Source: an uncultured bacterium
GTDB lineage: Bacteria > Actinomycetota > Actinomycetes > S36-B12
Length of the DNA stretch: 64,000 nucleotides
Direction: 5' to 3'
NCBI GenBank assembly: GCA_903896585.1
Contig: CAITYI010000261.1
Location: 400 to 64,399 of the forward strand
This document shows, piece by piece, positions 48,833 to 57,046 of the stretch (positions are counted from its first letter, which is position 1; every line of letters starts with the position of its first letter). The position numbers and the translations under genes were made by a program. Below the pieces are notes generated by a model. That model was not told where the DNA came from. It searched no databases and saw nothing but the letters and a program-made list of their open reading frames with translations.

Positions 48833-49650
48833 TAGACCTCACCAATTCTGGTGTGATTTCCCCCTGCGGAGCGACCACGCAAAGCTTCCCGAACCTCGGT
48901 GACACCTGAATAAAACGCATCGGTTTCTCGAGTATCCTCGTTTCGTTCTCCCAGATTGATGTCCACAATCCCAGTAATCCGTCCCGGACGAGCAGACATC
49001 ACCACCACCCGATCTGACAAATAGACGGCTTCGGGAATTGAGTGAGTCACAAATACGATTGTTTTGCCTGTCTCAAGGCGAATGCGAAGAAGTTCATTTT
49101 GCATTCTTTCCCGAGTCATTTCGTCGAGGGCACCAAATGGTTCATCCATGAGCAAGAGAGGGGGATCCACAGCCAATGATCGGGCAATGGCAACTCGCTG
49201 TTGCATTCCTCCAGACAGTTCCCACGGGCGGTGATTGGCGAAGTCGGCAAGTTGAACCATTTCCAGGAGCTCGAGGGCGCGAGCAGCTCGTCGCTTTTTG
49301 TCCCAGCCGAGCAACTCGAGTGGCAACTCAACGTTCTTAACAACGGTTCTCCAGTCAAAAAGGGCAGCCTGCTGGAAGGCGATTCCATAGAGTTGTTGGA
49401 CTCGAGCCTCGTGGGGGCTCACTCCGGCAACTTCAACGACACCTCGAGAAGCGTCCGTCAAGTCACCAATGACCCTGAGTAGTGTGCTCTTGCCGCAACC
49501 TGAAGGCCCGATGAGCGAGATAAATTCCCCGGCAATGATGGTGAGGGAGACATCAGAAAGCGCCGTTACTTCATTGCTGGCACCTTCATTGAAAATCTTC
49601 CAGAGTCCTTCAACAGAAACCGCTTGGCCTCCGGCTGGCACGTTACTCAT
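48832..49650 (-). CDS. ABC transporter ATP-binding protein
   Basis: GPSGCGKST, LSGGMQQRVAIAR and LLMDEPFGALD motifs. Confidence 0.92.
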   Translation of the reverse strand: MSNVPAGGQAVSVEGLWKIFNEGASNEVTALSDVSLTIIAGEFISLIGPSGCGKSTLLRVIGDLTDASRGVVEVAGVSPHEARVQQLYGIAFQQAALFDWRTVVKNVELPLELLGWDKKRRAARALELLEMVQLADFANHRPWELSGGMQQRVAIARSLAVDPPLLLMDEPFGALDEMTRERMQNELLRIRLETGKTIVFVTHSIPEAVYLSDRVVVMSARPGRITGIVDINLGERNEDTRETDAFYSGVTEVREALRGRSAGGNHTRIGEV

Positions 49651-50510
49651 GCCTTTCCTTCCTTGGGGAGATTGCGAGTGAGATACATATCTAAGGCAGT
49701 TACCAGTGCGGTTGCGACCAGTCCAAGGAGGATTGCGCCAAATACCGCGACATAAACCTTGGCAGGTTGGGAGGTTGTTTCGCGAGCATATTCAATTATC
49801 AGCCTACCGATACCACCTTTCACACCGGTGGATATTTCTGCCACCACGGTGCCAACTACGGCTGCGGCAATGGAAACCTTGAGCGCTGGCACCAAATATG
49901 GAATTGATGAGGGGAAGCGTAATTTCCATAGAACTTGTTTCGGTGTGGCTGCATAGGATCGCATGAGTTCCAGTGACGTGGGGCGTGGTGCCTGCAGCCC
50001 ACGGAGGGCACCGACGGAAAGTGGGAAAAATGCAAGATATGCCGCAATAAACATGACGGAATATGTGGTGGTCCAGGACACTGGGCCAAACGAAACACGG
50101 TTGCCGAGACCAACAATAAGTGGGGCAAGGGCAATTAATGGCACTGTTTGCGATGCAATCACAAAAGGAAGCAGGCCCCTTTCAAAGAAATAGAAGCGCT
50201 GCATGATGATGGCCAAAAGCAGTCCCACACTGACACCGATGATAAAACCACCGAAGGCAATCAAAAGCGAGTATGCGGCGGCGCTTAAGACTGCTTCCAA
50301 AACACTGGTATCCGAGCCACGTACCTCAGGATTGCCAAATGCCGAAACCATGCTCCACACATGTGGCATGGAGGTGTCATCGGTCTTAAGTGGAAGCTCA
50401 ATTAACGAGCCAATGAATTTGACAAGCTCCCACATGATGAGGACGAGCGCAACCCCTGCCAGAGCCCACAGGGATGAAATTGTGATCCTCCGCAAGCGGG
50501 TAGTTTTCAT
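49647..50510 (-). CDS. ABC transporter permease (second subunit)
   Basis: 287 aa, polytopic, with the EAA-like loop MRSYAATPKQVLWKLRFPSSIP. ATGA overlap with the ATPase start. Confidence 0.85.
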   Translation of the reverse strand: MKTTRLRRITISSLWALAGVALVLIMWELVKFIGSLIELPLKTDDTSMPHVWSMVSAFGNPEVRGSDTSVLEAVLSAAAYSLLIAFGGFIIGVSVGLLLAIIMQRFYFFERGLLPFVIASQTVPLIALAPLIVGLGNRVSFGPVSWTTTYSVMFIAAYLAFFPLSVGALRGLQAPRPTSLELMRSYAATPKQVLWKLRFPSSIPYLVPALKVSIAAAVVGTVVAEISTGVKGGIGRLIIEYARETTSQPAKVYVAVFGAILLGLVATALVTALDMYLTRNLPKEGKA

Positions 50511-50519
50511 GCGGTAGCG

Positions 50520-51539
50520 CTACTCCTTTGCCAAAACGACATCTGTAATCGAGGGAATAATGTGCTCACCATACTCAGAAAGAGTGTGATCCTTGTCATC
50601 GTGTTGTAAATAAAGGGCAAACTGATTAACGCCGAGCGCTTTGAGTTCTTCCAAGCGACGGATGTGTTCTTCAGGAGGCCCGATAATGCAGAATCTGTCA
50701 ATGATTTCGTCCGGCACGAAGTCGGTGTGCGTATTTCCAGCCTGACCATGCTGGTTGTAGTCGTAGCCTTGGCGATTCTTGATGTAATCGGTGAGAGCCT
50801 GAGGAACGGCACCACCATTATCGCCATAGCGTTCAACAATGTCAGCCACGTGATTGCCAACCATGCCACCAAACCACCTCAGTTGGTCTCGGGCGTGGGG
50901 TATGTCATCGGTGACGTACGCGGGAGCAGCGACGCAAATATAGATAGAGTCAGGATCTCTTCCGGCTGCTGCGGCCGCGTCCTTCACGGCTTTGATGGTC
51001 CACTCAGCGATAGAAGGGTCGGCGAGCTGCAAAATAAAGCCGTCCCCAACTTCGCCGGTAAGGGCAAGAACTTTGGGTCCATATGCCGCGACCATGACAT
51101 CTGCTCGACTGCCTGGGGCCCAAGGTAAACGGAGGCTATTACCTTTGTAATCAACAGTCTGTCCGTTTACCAGACCCTTGAGATCGATTACTGATTGGCG
51201 TAGGTCAGCAACTGAAACAGGCTTGCCATTGGTTACTCGCACCGCAGAATCACCGCGGCCAATGCCAATGACGGTTCTATTTCCGTACATTTCATTGAGT
51301 GTCGCGAAAACAGAAGCGGTCACCGTGATATCACGGGTCGCTGGGTTTGTGACCATGGGACCGACTTTTACTTTGCGAGTTTCATCAAGAATTTTGCTGT
51401 AGATGACATACGGTTCCTCCCACAGAATATGTGAGTCAAAGGTCCAGATGTAGGTGAACCCAAAAGTCTCCGCACGCCTGGCAAGATCAATGACTCGGGC
51501 AGCAGGAGGTGTGCACTGAAGTACGACTCCAAATTCCAT
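50520..51539 (-). CDS. luciferase-like (LLM) flavin/F420-type oxidoreductase, Mer-like subgroup
   Basis: 339 aa. MEFGVVLQ...FGFTYIWTFDSH...KVGPMVTNPATRDITVTASVFATLNEMYGNRTVIGIGRGD is collinear by eye with methylene-H4MPT reductase-type LLM proteins. The cofactor cannot be decided from sequence. Confidence 0.8.
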   Translation of the reverse strand: MEFGVVLQCTPPAARVIDLARRAETFGFTYIWTFDSHILWEEPYVIYSKILDETRKVKVGPMVTNPATRDITVTASVFATLNEMYGNRTVIGIGRGDSAVRVTNGKPVSVADLRQSVIDLKGLVNGQTVDYKGNSLRLPWAPGSRADVMVAAYGPKVLALTGEVGDGFILQLADPSIAEWTIKAVKDAAAAAGRDPDSIYICVAAPAYVTDDIPHARDQLRWFGGMVGNHVADIVERYGDNGGAVPQALTDYIKNRQGYDYNQHGQAGNTHTDFVPDEIIDRFCIIGPPEEHIRRLEELKALGVNQFALYLQHDDKDHTLSEYGEHIIPSITDVVLAKE

Positions 51540-51601
51540 GGTGGGTAATCCTTCCTTTCAGTTGGTTGACGAGCCTGGTGGTGAATAAAACTAGCGAATC
51601 A

Positions 51602-53089
51602 TTATCGGGTAAGTGGAAAGCCCAAATCCACAGATGAAGTTGACGGATCTGGCCACCGTGAAGTCACAGTTTTGGTATGCGTGTAGAAATCAATGCCCGC
51701 AGGTCCGTACATGGCAACATCTCCGAAAAGCGATGCCTTCCAGCCACCGAAACTGTAGTAGCCGACTGGAACTGGAATGGGGACATTTATTCCAACCATT
51801 CCTACCTGGATATCAAATTGGAACTGTCGAGCTGCGCCACCATCTCGAGTGAAAATCGCAGTACCATTTCCGTATTGGTGATTGTTGATCAATTCAACGG
51901 CATCGTCATAGGTTTCAACGCGCGTCACACTCAGTACCGGCCCAAAAATTTCATCGTCATACACCTTCATTCCAGGCGAGACGTTGTCCATCAGAGTGGG
52001 AGCGAGGAAAAATCCTTCTGCTGGAAGATTGTTCTCACGTCCGTCCACCACAACTGTGGCGCCTTCTGCTGCCGCACCAGAAATGTATGAAGCGACTTTA
52101 TCTCGATGCTCCCTCGTGATTAACGGTCCCATTTCGGCATTGGGGTCGGTTCCCGGACCCGTGATGAGTTTTGGCAGGCGTTCTTTGATGGCCTCAATCA
52201 ACTTGTCGCCAACACCACCCACTGCGACTACAACAGAGATAGCCATGCAGCGCTCACCGGCTGATCCGAAACCCGCACTTACGGCTGCATCGGCGGCCAT
52301 ATTGATGTCGGCATCGGGAAGAACCACCATGTGATTCTTAGCGCCACCTAGTGCCTGCACTCGCTTGCCGTTGGCTGTTCCAGTGGAGTAAATGTATTTA
52401 GCAATTGGTGTTGATCCCACGAAACTGATGGCTGCGACATCAGGATGCGCGAGTAAGCCGTCGACTGCAATTTTATCGCCTTGAAGCACGGTGAAAACTC
52501 CATCGGGCAGTCCAGCTTTTTGCAGAAGTTCAGCCAGGTACAGCGCAACGGAGGGATCTTTTTCACTGGGTTTCAAAACAAATGCGTTACCAGTGGCGAT
52601 TGCATTAGCAAACATCCACATGGGCACCATGGCAGGGAAATTAAATGGTGTGATACCTGCTACAACACCAAGAGGTTGGCGAATTGAGTAAACATCTACG
52701 CCAGTGGAAACTTGCTCGCTGTAGCCGCCTTTGAGGAGAGCCGGAATGCTGCAGGCGAATTCAATGTTCTCAATTCCACGCGCCAGCTCACCCGCGGCGT
52801 CGCTGGGCACTTTGCCGTGTTCGATGGACACCAGATTGGCAATGTGATCCCGATTCTGGACAACTAATTCACGGAAACGGAACATGATCTCGGCTCTTTT
52901 TGAAATCGATGTTGCTCGCCACATCTGCGAGACAGCCTTGGCCGATGCAATTGCGAACTCCACTTCCTCGGCGCTGGCGAGACCAACTTGTGCCTGCTGT
53001 TCCCCGGTCGCGGGGTTATAAACAGGGGCGAAGTTTCCAGATTTCGAGGGATGAAGTTTTCCATTGATCCAATGGTCGATATTGCGCAT
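51602..53089 (-). CDS. mmsA: CoA-acylating methylmalonate/malonate-semialdehyde dehydrogenase
   Basis: MRNIDHWINGK N-terminus, FNFPAMVPMWM and the catalytic Cys in GERCMA. The track ORF begins at 53128. Confidence 0.85.
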   Translation of the reverse strand: MRNIDHWINGKLHPSKSGNFAPVYNPATGEQQAQVGLASAEEVEFAIASAKAVSQMWRATSISKRAEIMFRFRELVVQNRDHIANLVSIEHGKVPSDAAGELARGIENIEFACSIPALLKGGYSEQVSTGVDVYSIRQPLGVVAGITPFNFPAMVPMWMFANAIATGNAFVLKPSEKDPSVALYLAELLQKAGLPDGVFTVLQGDKIAVDGLLAHPDVAAISFVGSTPIAKYIYSTGTANGKRVQALGGAKNHMVVLPDADINMAADAAVSAGFGSAGERCMAISVVVAVGGVGDKLIEAIKERLPKLITGPGTDPNAEMGPLITREHRDKVASYISGAAAEGATVVVDGRENNLPAEGFFLAPTLMDNVSPGMKVYDDEIFGPVLSVTRVETYDDAVELINNHQYGNGTAIFTRDGGAARQFQFDIQVGMVGINVPIPVPVGYYSFGGWKASLFGDVAMYGPAGIDFYTHTKTVTSRWPDPSTSSVDLGFPLTR

Positions 53090-53155
53090 TCTGTCTCCAG
53101 ATTTAGTTGGTTGTTGGTGAGTGAACATTTGCCCGTTGAGTGCGAAGTGATGCTG

Positions 53156-54574
53156 CTACATCAAGTATTGGGAGAGGCCTCTCTTGAGATACTTGCCGTG
53201 ACCCTTAGTACCGAAATATTCATTGTTTTCGACCACAATTTTCCCACGTGAAATTACCGTGTCCACATGGCCATCAATCACGGTCCCTTCCCACGCCGAG
53301 TGATCCATGTTCATATGGTGGGTTTTTTCCAGCCCGATTTCCGTGCGTCCTGCGGGGTCATAAATCACAATATCGGCATCAGATCCTGGAGCGAGGGCAC
53401 CCTTTTGTGGGTACAGCCCAAACATGCGGGCGGGCGTGGTGGAGCACAATTCGACCCACCTTTCGAGTGTGATTTGGCCCTCGACGACACCTTGGTAAAT
53501 CAGATCCATCCGATGCTCGACTGTTCCAATTCCATTGGGAATCTTCGAGAAATCGCCAATACCGAGTTCCTTTTGTTCTTTGAAGCAGAATGGGCAGTGA
53601 TCGGTACTGACGATTGAGAGGTCGTTGGTACGCAAGTAGCGCCATAATTCCTCGTGATGTCCCTCTTCTTTTGAACGAAGGGGAGTTGAACATACCCACT
53701 TAGCACCTTCAAATCCGGGTTGGGAAAGGTGATCTTCTAGCGATAGATAAAGGTATTGCGGGCAGGTTTCCCCGAATACGTTCAAGCCTTGATCGCGCGC
53801 GCCTTGCAAAACATTGACGGCCTGTTTCGCCGACATATGAACAATATAGAGCGGTGCACCGGTCATTCGAGCCAACATGATCGCCCGGTGGACGGCTTCA
53901 GCCTCGGTTTCCCAGGGTCGCGTGAGCGAATGGTACTTAGGATCAGTTTTGCCCTCTGCGAGCGCTTGAGAAACAAGAACATCTATCGCGATGCCATTTT
54001 CGGCATGCATCATGATCATGGAACCATTGCCGGCAGCTGTCTGCATGGCCCGGAGAATTTGGCCATCGTCACTATAGAAGACACCGGGGTAGGCCATGAA
54101 TAATTTGAAGCTGGTTACTCCCTCACCAATGAGTTCATCCATGGCCTTGAGTGAGTCGTCGTCAACTCCGCCGATTATTTGGTGAAAACCGTAGTCAATA
54201 TGGCAGTTACCGCCGGCTTTTTCATGCCATGAGGACAGACCATCTTGCACGCGCTCACCAAATTTCTGCACGGCGAAGTCGATAATGGTGGTGGTTCCAC
54301 CCCAGGCAGCGGCTCTGGTTCCCGTTTCAAAGGTATCGGAGGCAAAGGTCCCGCCAAAGGGCAATTCCATATGGGTGTGCGAATCCACGCCGCCCGGAAT
54401 CACGTACTTACCCGACGCGTCAATTACCCGATCAACCGTGGACTCCAATTGAGATCCCAAAGTTGTATCCCCGGGAGTGATGATTGCGGCGATAGTTTCA
54501 CCATCGACAAGTACATCGGCGTGAGATGTTCCCAGTGGGGATACCAGTAATCCGTTCTTAATGAGTATTTTCAC
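53156..54574 (-). CDS. dihydropyrimidinase / D-hydantoinase
   Basis: 472 aa with the metal ligands GGVDSHTH, the carboxylated-lysine context FKLFMAY and STDHCPF. Confidence 0.88.
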   Translation of the reverse strand: MKILIKNGLLVSPLGTSHADVLVDGETIAAIITPGDTTLGSQLESTVDRVIDASGKYVIPGGVDSHTHMELPFGGTFASDTFETGTRAAAWGGTTTIIDFAVQKFGERVQDGLSSWHEKAGGNCHIDYGFHQIIGGVDDDSLKAMDELIGEGVTSFKLFMAYPGVFYSDDGQILRAMQTAAGNGSMIMMHAENGIAIDVLVSQALAEGKTDPKYHSLTRPWETEAEAVHRAIMLARMTGAPLYIVHMSAKQAVNVLQGARDQGLNVFGETCPQYLYLSLEDHLSQPGFEGAKWVCSTPLRSKEEGHHEELWRYLRTNDLSIVSTDHCPFCFKEQKELGIGDFSKIPNGIGTVEHRMDLIYQGVVEGQITLERWVELCSTTPARMFGLYPQKGALAPGSDADIVIYDPAGRTEIGLEKTHHMNMDHSAWEGTVIDGHVDTVISRGKIVVENNEYFGTKGHGKYLKRGLSQYLM

Positions 54575-54606
54575 GGCTGCTCCTCGTTGTTCTCCAAGTT
54601 GGCTAA

Positions 54607-55443
54607 TTATGGTCGAACGAGATCCTGGTAAGCGTCTGGACGACGGTCACGGTAGAACTGCCAGCGAGTACGTACTGAATTTATGAGATCAAGATCGAGG
54701 TCTCGAACAATAAGTTCTGATTTGTAGGGGTCGCCCTTTTCGCCAACATAACTTCCTTCCGGATCCACAAAATAAGACTGACCGTAGAAGTCATCGTCAC
54801 CAAGGTCCTCAATACCAACCCGGTTGATGGCGCCAACAAAGTATTCATTTGCCACGGCCGCAGCGGGCTGCTCGATACTCCACAAGTACTGGGATAGTCC
54901 CCGGGATGTGGCCGAAGGGTTGAACACGATTTGGGCGCCGTTGAGGCCCAAGGCCCGCCAGCCTTCTGGGAAATGGCGGTCATAACAGATGTAGACCCCA
55001 ATCTTCCCAACCGCTGTGTCAAAAATTGGGTAGCCGCCATTGCCAGGGCGGAAATAGAACTTCTCCCAAAATCCCTTTACGTGGGGGATGTGTTGCTTGC
55101 GATATTTACCCAAATAGCTTCCGTCAGCATCAATCACGGCGGCCGTGTTGTAGAGGAATCCGGGGCCGGCATCTTCATACATGGGCAGGATCATGACCAT
55201 TTCTAATTCCCGGGCAATCTTTTGAAAACGTTCGGTTATGGGACCTGGGATGGCCTCCGCGTAATCATAAAAGGCCGCATCCTGTACCTGACAGAAGTAG
55301 GGTCCATAAAATAACTCTTGGAAACAAATAACTTTTGCGCCTTGTTCGGCTGCTGCACGAGCATAATCTTCATGTTTTTGGATCATGCTCTCTTTGTCCC
55401 CGGTCCAGTCTGTTTGGACGAGGGCTGCGCGAACAATTGACAT
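54607..55443 (-). CDS. nitrilase-superfamily N-carbamoyl amidase (beta-ureidopropionase suggested by context)
   Basis: 278 aa with Glu-Lys-Cys triad contexts CFQELF, YRKQHIP and VYICYDRHFPE. The sequence alone also resembles N-carbamoylputrescine amidase; the operon context favours beta-ureidopropionase. Confidence 0.8.
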   Translation of the reverse strand: MSIVRAALVQTDWTGDKESMIQKHEDYARAAAEQGAKVICFQELFYGPYFCQVQDAAFYDYAEAIPGPITERFQKIARELEMVMILPMYEDAGPGFLYNTAAVIDADGSYLGKYRKQHIPHVKGFWEKFYFRPGNGGYPIFDTAVGKIGVYICYDRHFPEGWRALGLNGAQIVFNPSATSRGLSQYLWSIEQPAAAVANEYFVGAINRVGIEDLGDDDFYGQSYFVDPEGSYVGEKGDPYKSELIVRDLDLDLINSVRTRWQFYRDRRPDAYQDLVRP

Positions 55444-55461
55444 GTATGCCTCCTAGGAAAT

Positions 55462-55524
55462 TGTGTTATTCCTAATGCTAGACACAAACAGATGTGTTAC
55501 ACAGGTGATTAACATATTTGTTAC
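55462..55524. promoter_or_regulatory. candidate operator: three TGT(G)TTA(C) direct repeats in the pyd/MocR divergent spacer
   Basis: TGTGTTA at 55462-55468 and 55493-55499 (31-bp spacing) and TTTGTTAC at 55517-55524. There is also an inverted pair TTGTGT 55461-55466 / ACACAA 55482-55487. Confidence 0.3.
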
Positions 55525-55544
55525 GCGATTTTTTAAGGGGTGGC

Positions 55545-56942
55545 ATGGCACAGAAGGCCGGTGGGGCGGTTTTGGCCGATGGCACCCTGGAATTGTTCTC
55601 AAAATTGGTTGAAGAACGTAGTGCTCGCGGAATTGCTTCAGCCCTTCGCCACATGATCACCGCGGGGGAAATTCATCCAGGTGACAAGCTTCCCACGGTT
55701 CGGGACCTGAGCGCCTCCCTCGGAGTGAGCCCAGCAACGGTCGCCCAAGCGTGGCAGGCACTCGCTCAGGCGGGGATGCTGATCACTCGAGGTCGAGCGG
55801 GGACTTTTGTTGCCCACTTCAACGACAAGGATCAGCCTCCTCGGTTTTTGGGTTTGGGTGGCCCGCTGATCAATTCCGGTATCGATTTATCACGCGGAAC
55901 ACCAGATCCGTTGCTCCTACCCTCGATATCCCAAGCCATGGAAAGAGTAACTGCCAATCGCGATATCTGGACGAGCAGTTATTTCGATGAACCGGTTATC
56001 CCAGAGCTAGATCAACTGCTTCGACAATCATGGCCCTTTCGCCCCGATTCATTGACGGTCGTTGACGGGGCCTTAGACGGCCTGTCCCGAATCATTGCTG
56101 TCCTTGTGTCGTTTGGGGATCGAGTAATTGTCGAGTCTCCGGGTTTCCCGCCGCTGCTGGACATTCTGGAACGAGTTGGGGCGGAGATCATTCCCATCGG
56201 TCTGGATGAACAGGGCCCCCTTGTTTCCGAACTGGCTGATGCGCTGGTGCGGGACCCGGTGGCTGCATTTTTGCAGCCCCGGGCGCACAATCCAACGGGA
56301 ACAAGCATGTCGCAACTTCGAGCATCGGAGATTGCCGCACTACTGGGTAGGAGCACGTGCTGGATCATTGAAGATGACCACAGTGGTGACATCTCAACGG
56401 CCCCCGATGTCAGCATTGGTCAGTATCGGCCGGATAAAACCGTTCATATCAGGAGTTTTTCGAAGTCACATGGTCCCGATCTGCGGTTAGCTGCCATCGG
56501 GGGGGCGAGTGCAGTTATCGAACCCCTCATCAGAGATCGAATGCTCGGACCCGGATGGAGTAGTCGCTTGCTTCAACATATTCTGGTAGAACTCTTAACC
56601 AGTGACGACTCCGTTTCTGCGGTCGAGCATGCGCGGGATCAATACTCGTTGAGATCCACCCATATCCGCGAGGCGTTGCTAGACAGTGGTCTAGATCCAA
56701 GTCCCGGCGATGGCATCAATCTCTTTATCCCGGTTGAAGACGAACAAAGGGTACTCATCAATCTGGCCGCTGAAGGAATCAGAGTTGCCCCGGGTCGTCC
56801 GTTCTTCATTGGAAAGGTGCAGTCTCCCGGAATTCGCGTAACAATTTCTGCCTTAGAAAGTAATCCCGATAAAATCAGTAAGTTGGCTCGCACAATCGCG
56901 CAAGCCGTCGATCGGTCCGAGCAAACCCAAGGAATTCGTTAA
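55545..56942 (+). CDS. MocR/GabR/PdxR-type regulator (GntR wHTH fused to a fold-type-I aminotransferase-like domain)
   Basis: wHTH LPTVRDLSASLGVSPATVAQAW, followed by an aminotransferase-like domain with the PLP lysine context SFSKSHGPDLRLA. The track ORF begins at TTG 55518. Confidence 0.85.
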   Translation: MAQKAGGAVLADGTLELFSKLVEERSARGIASALRHMITAGEIHPGDKLPTVRDLSASLGVSPATVAQAWQALAQAGMLITRGRAGTFVAHFNDKDQPPRFLGLGGPLINSGIDLSRGTPDPLLLPSISQAMERVTANRDIWTSSYFDEPVIPELDQLLRQSWPFRPDSLTVVDGALDGLSRIIAVLVSFGDRVIVESPGFPPLLDILERVGAEIIPIGLDEQGPLVSELADALVRDPVAAFLQPRAHNPTGTSMSQLRASEIAALLGRSTCWIIEDDHSGDISTAPDVSIGQYRPDKTVHIRSFSKSHGPDLRLAAIGGASAVIEPLIRDRMLGPGWSSRLLQHILVELLTSDDSVSAVEHARDQYSLRSTHIREALLDSGLDPSPGDGINLFIPVEDEQRVLINLAAEGIRVAPGRPFFIGKVQSPGIRVTISALESNPDKISKLARTIAQAVDRSEQTQGIR

Positions 56943-56943
56943 T

Positions 56944-56982
56944 ATCCCGCTGATCTTCGACAACATCCCGCTGATCTTCGAC
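56944..56982. repeat. perfect 18-bp direct repeat ATCCCGCTGATCTTCGAC x2 (21-bp period)
   Basis: Copies at 56944-56961 and 56965-56982. They start 2 nt after the MocR stop and end about 60 bp upstream of the aldehyde dehydrogenase start. Confidence 0.9.
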
Positions 56983-57046
56983 CGTTTTTGGGAGACTGCG
57001 TCCACGGGATGACTTTAGATCGGGCCGGGAGAACAGGGGAGTGACA

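Noticed and set aside
50520-51539. RutA-type pyrimidine monooxygenase (Rut pathway) as the identity of the LLM protein
   Set aside because: No RutB-G partners or flavin reductase are nearby, and the operon instead contains reductive-pathway enzymes. The conserved core reads more like Mer-type LLM proteins than RutA. This is not fully excluded without a phylogeny.
53156-55443. Alternative reading as a hydantoin-to-amino-acid (hyu) cluster or an agmatine/N-carbamoylputrescine pathway
   Set aside because: The co-transcribed CoA-acylating (methyl)malonate-semialdehyde dehydrogenase fits pyrimidine-derived beta-amino acids. No racemase, agmatine deiminase or carbamoylase of the M20 type is present. 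The amidase sequence alone cannot exclude AguB-like activity, so this remains a minority hypothesis.
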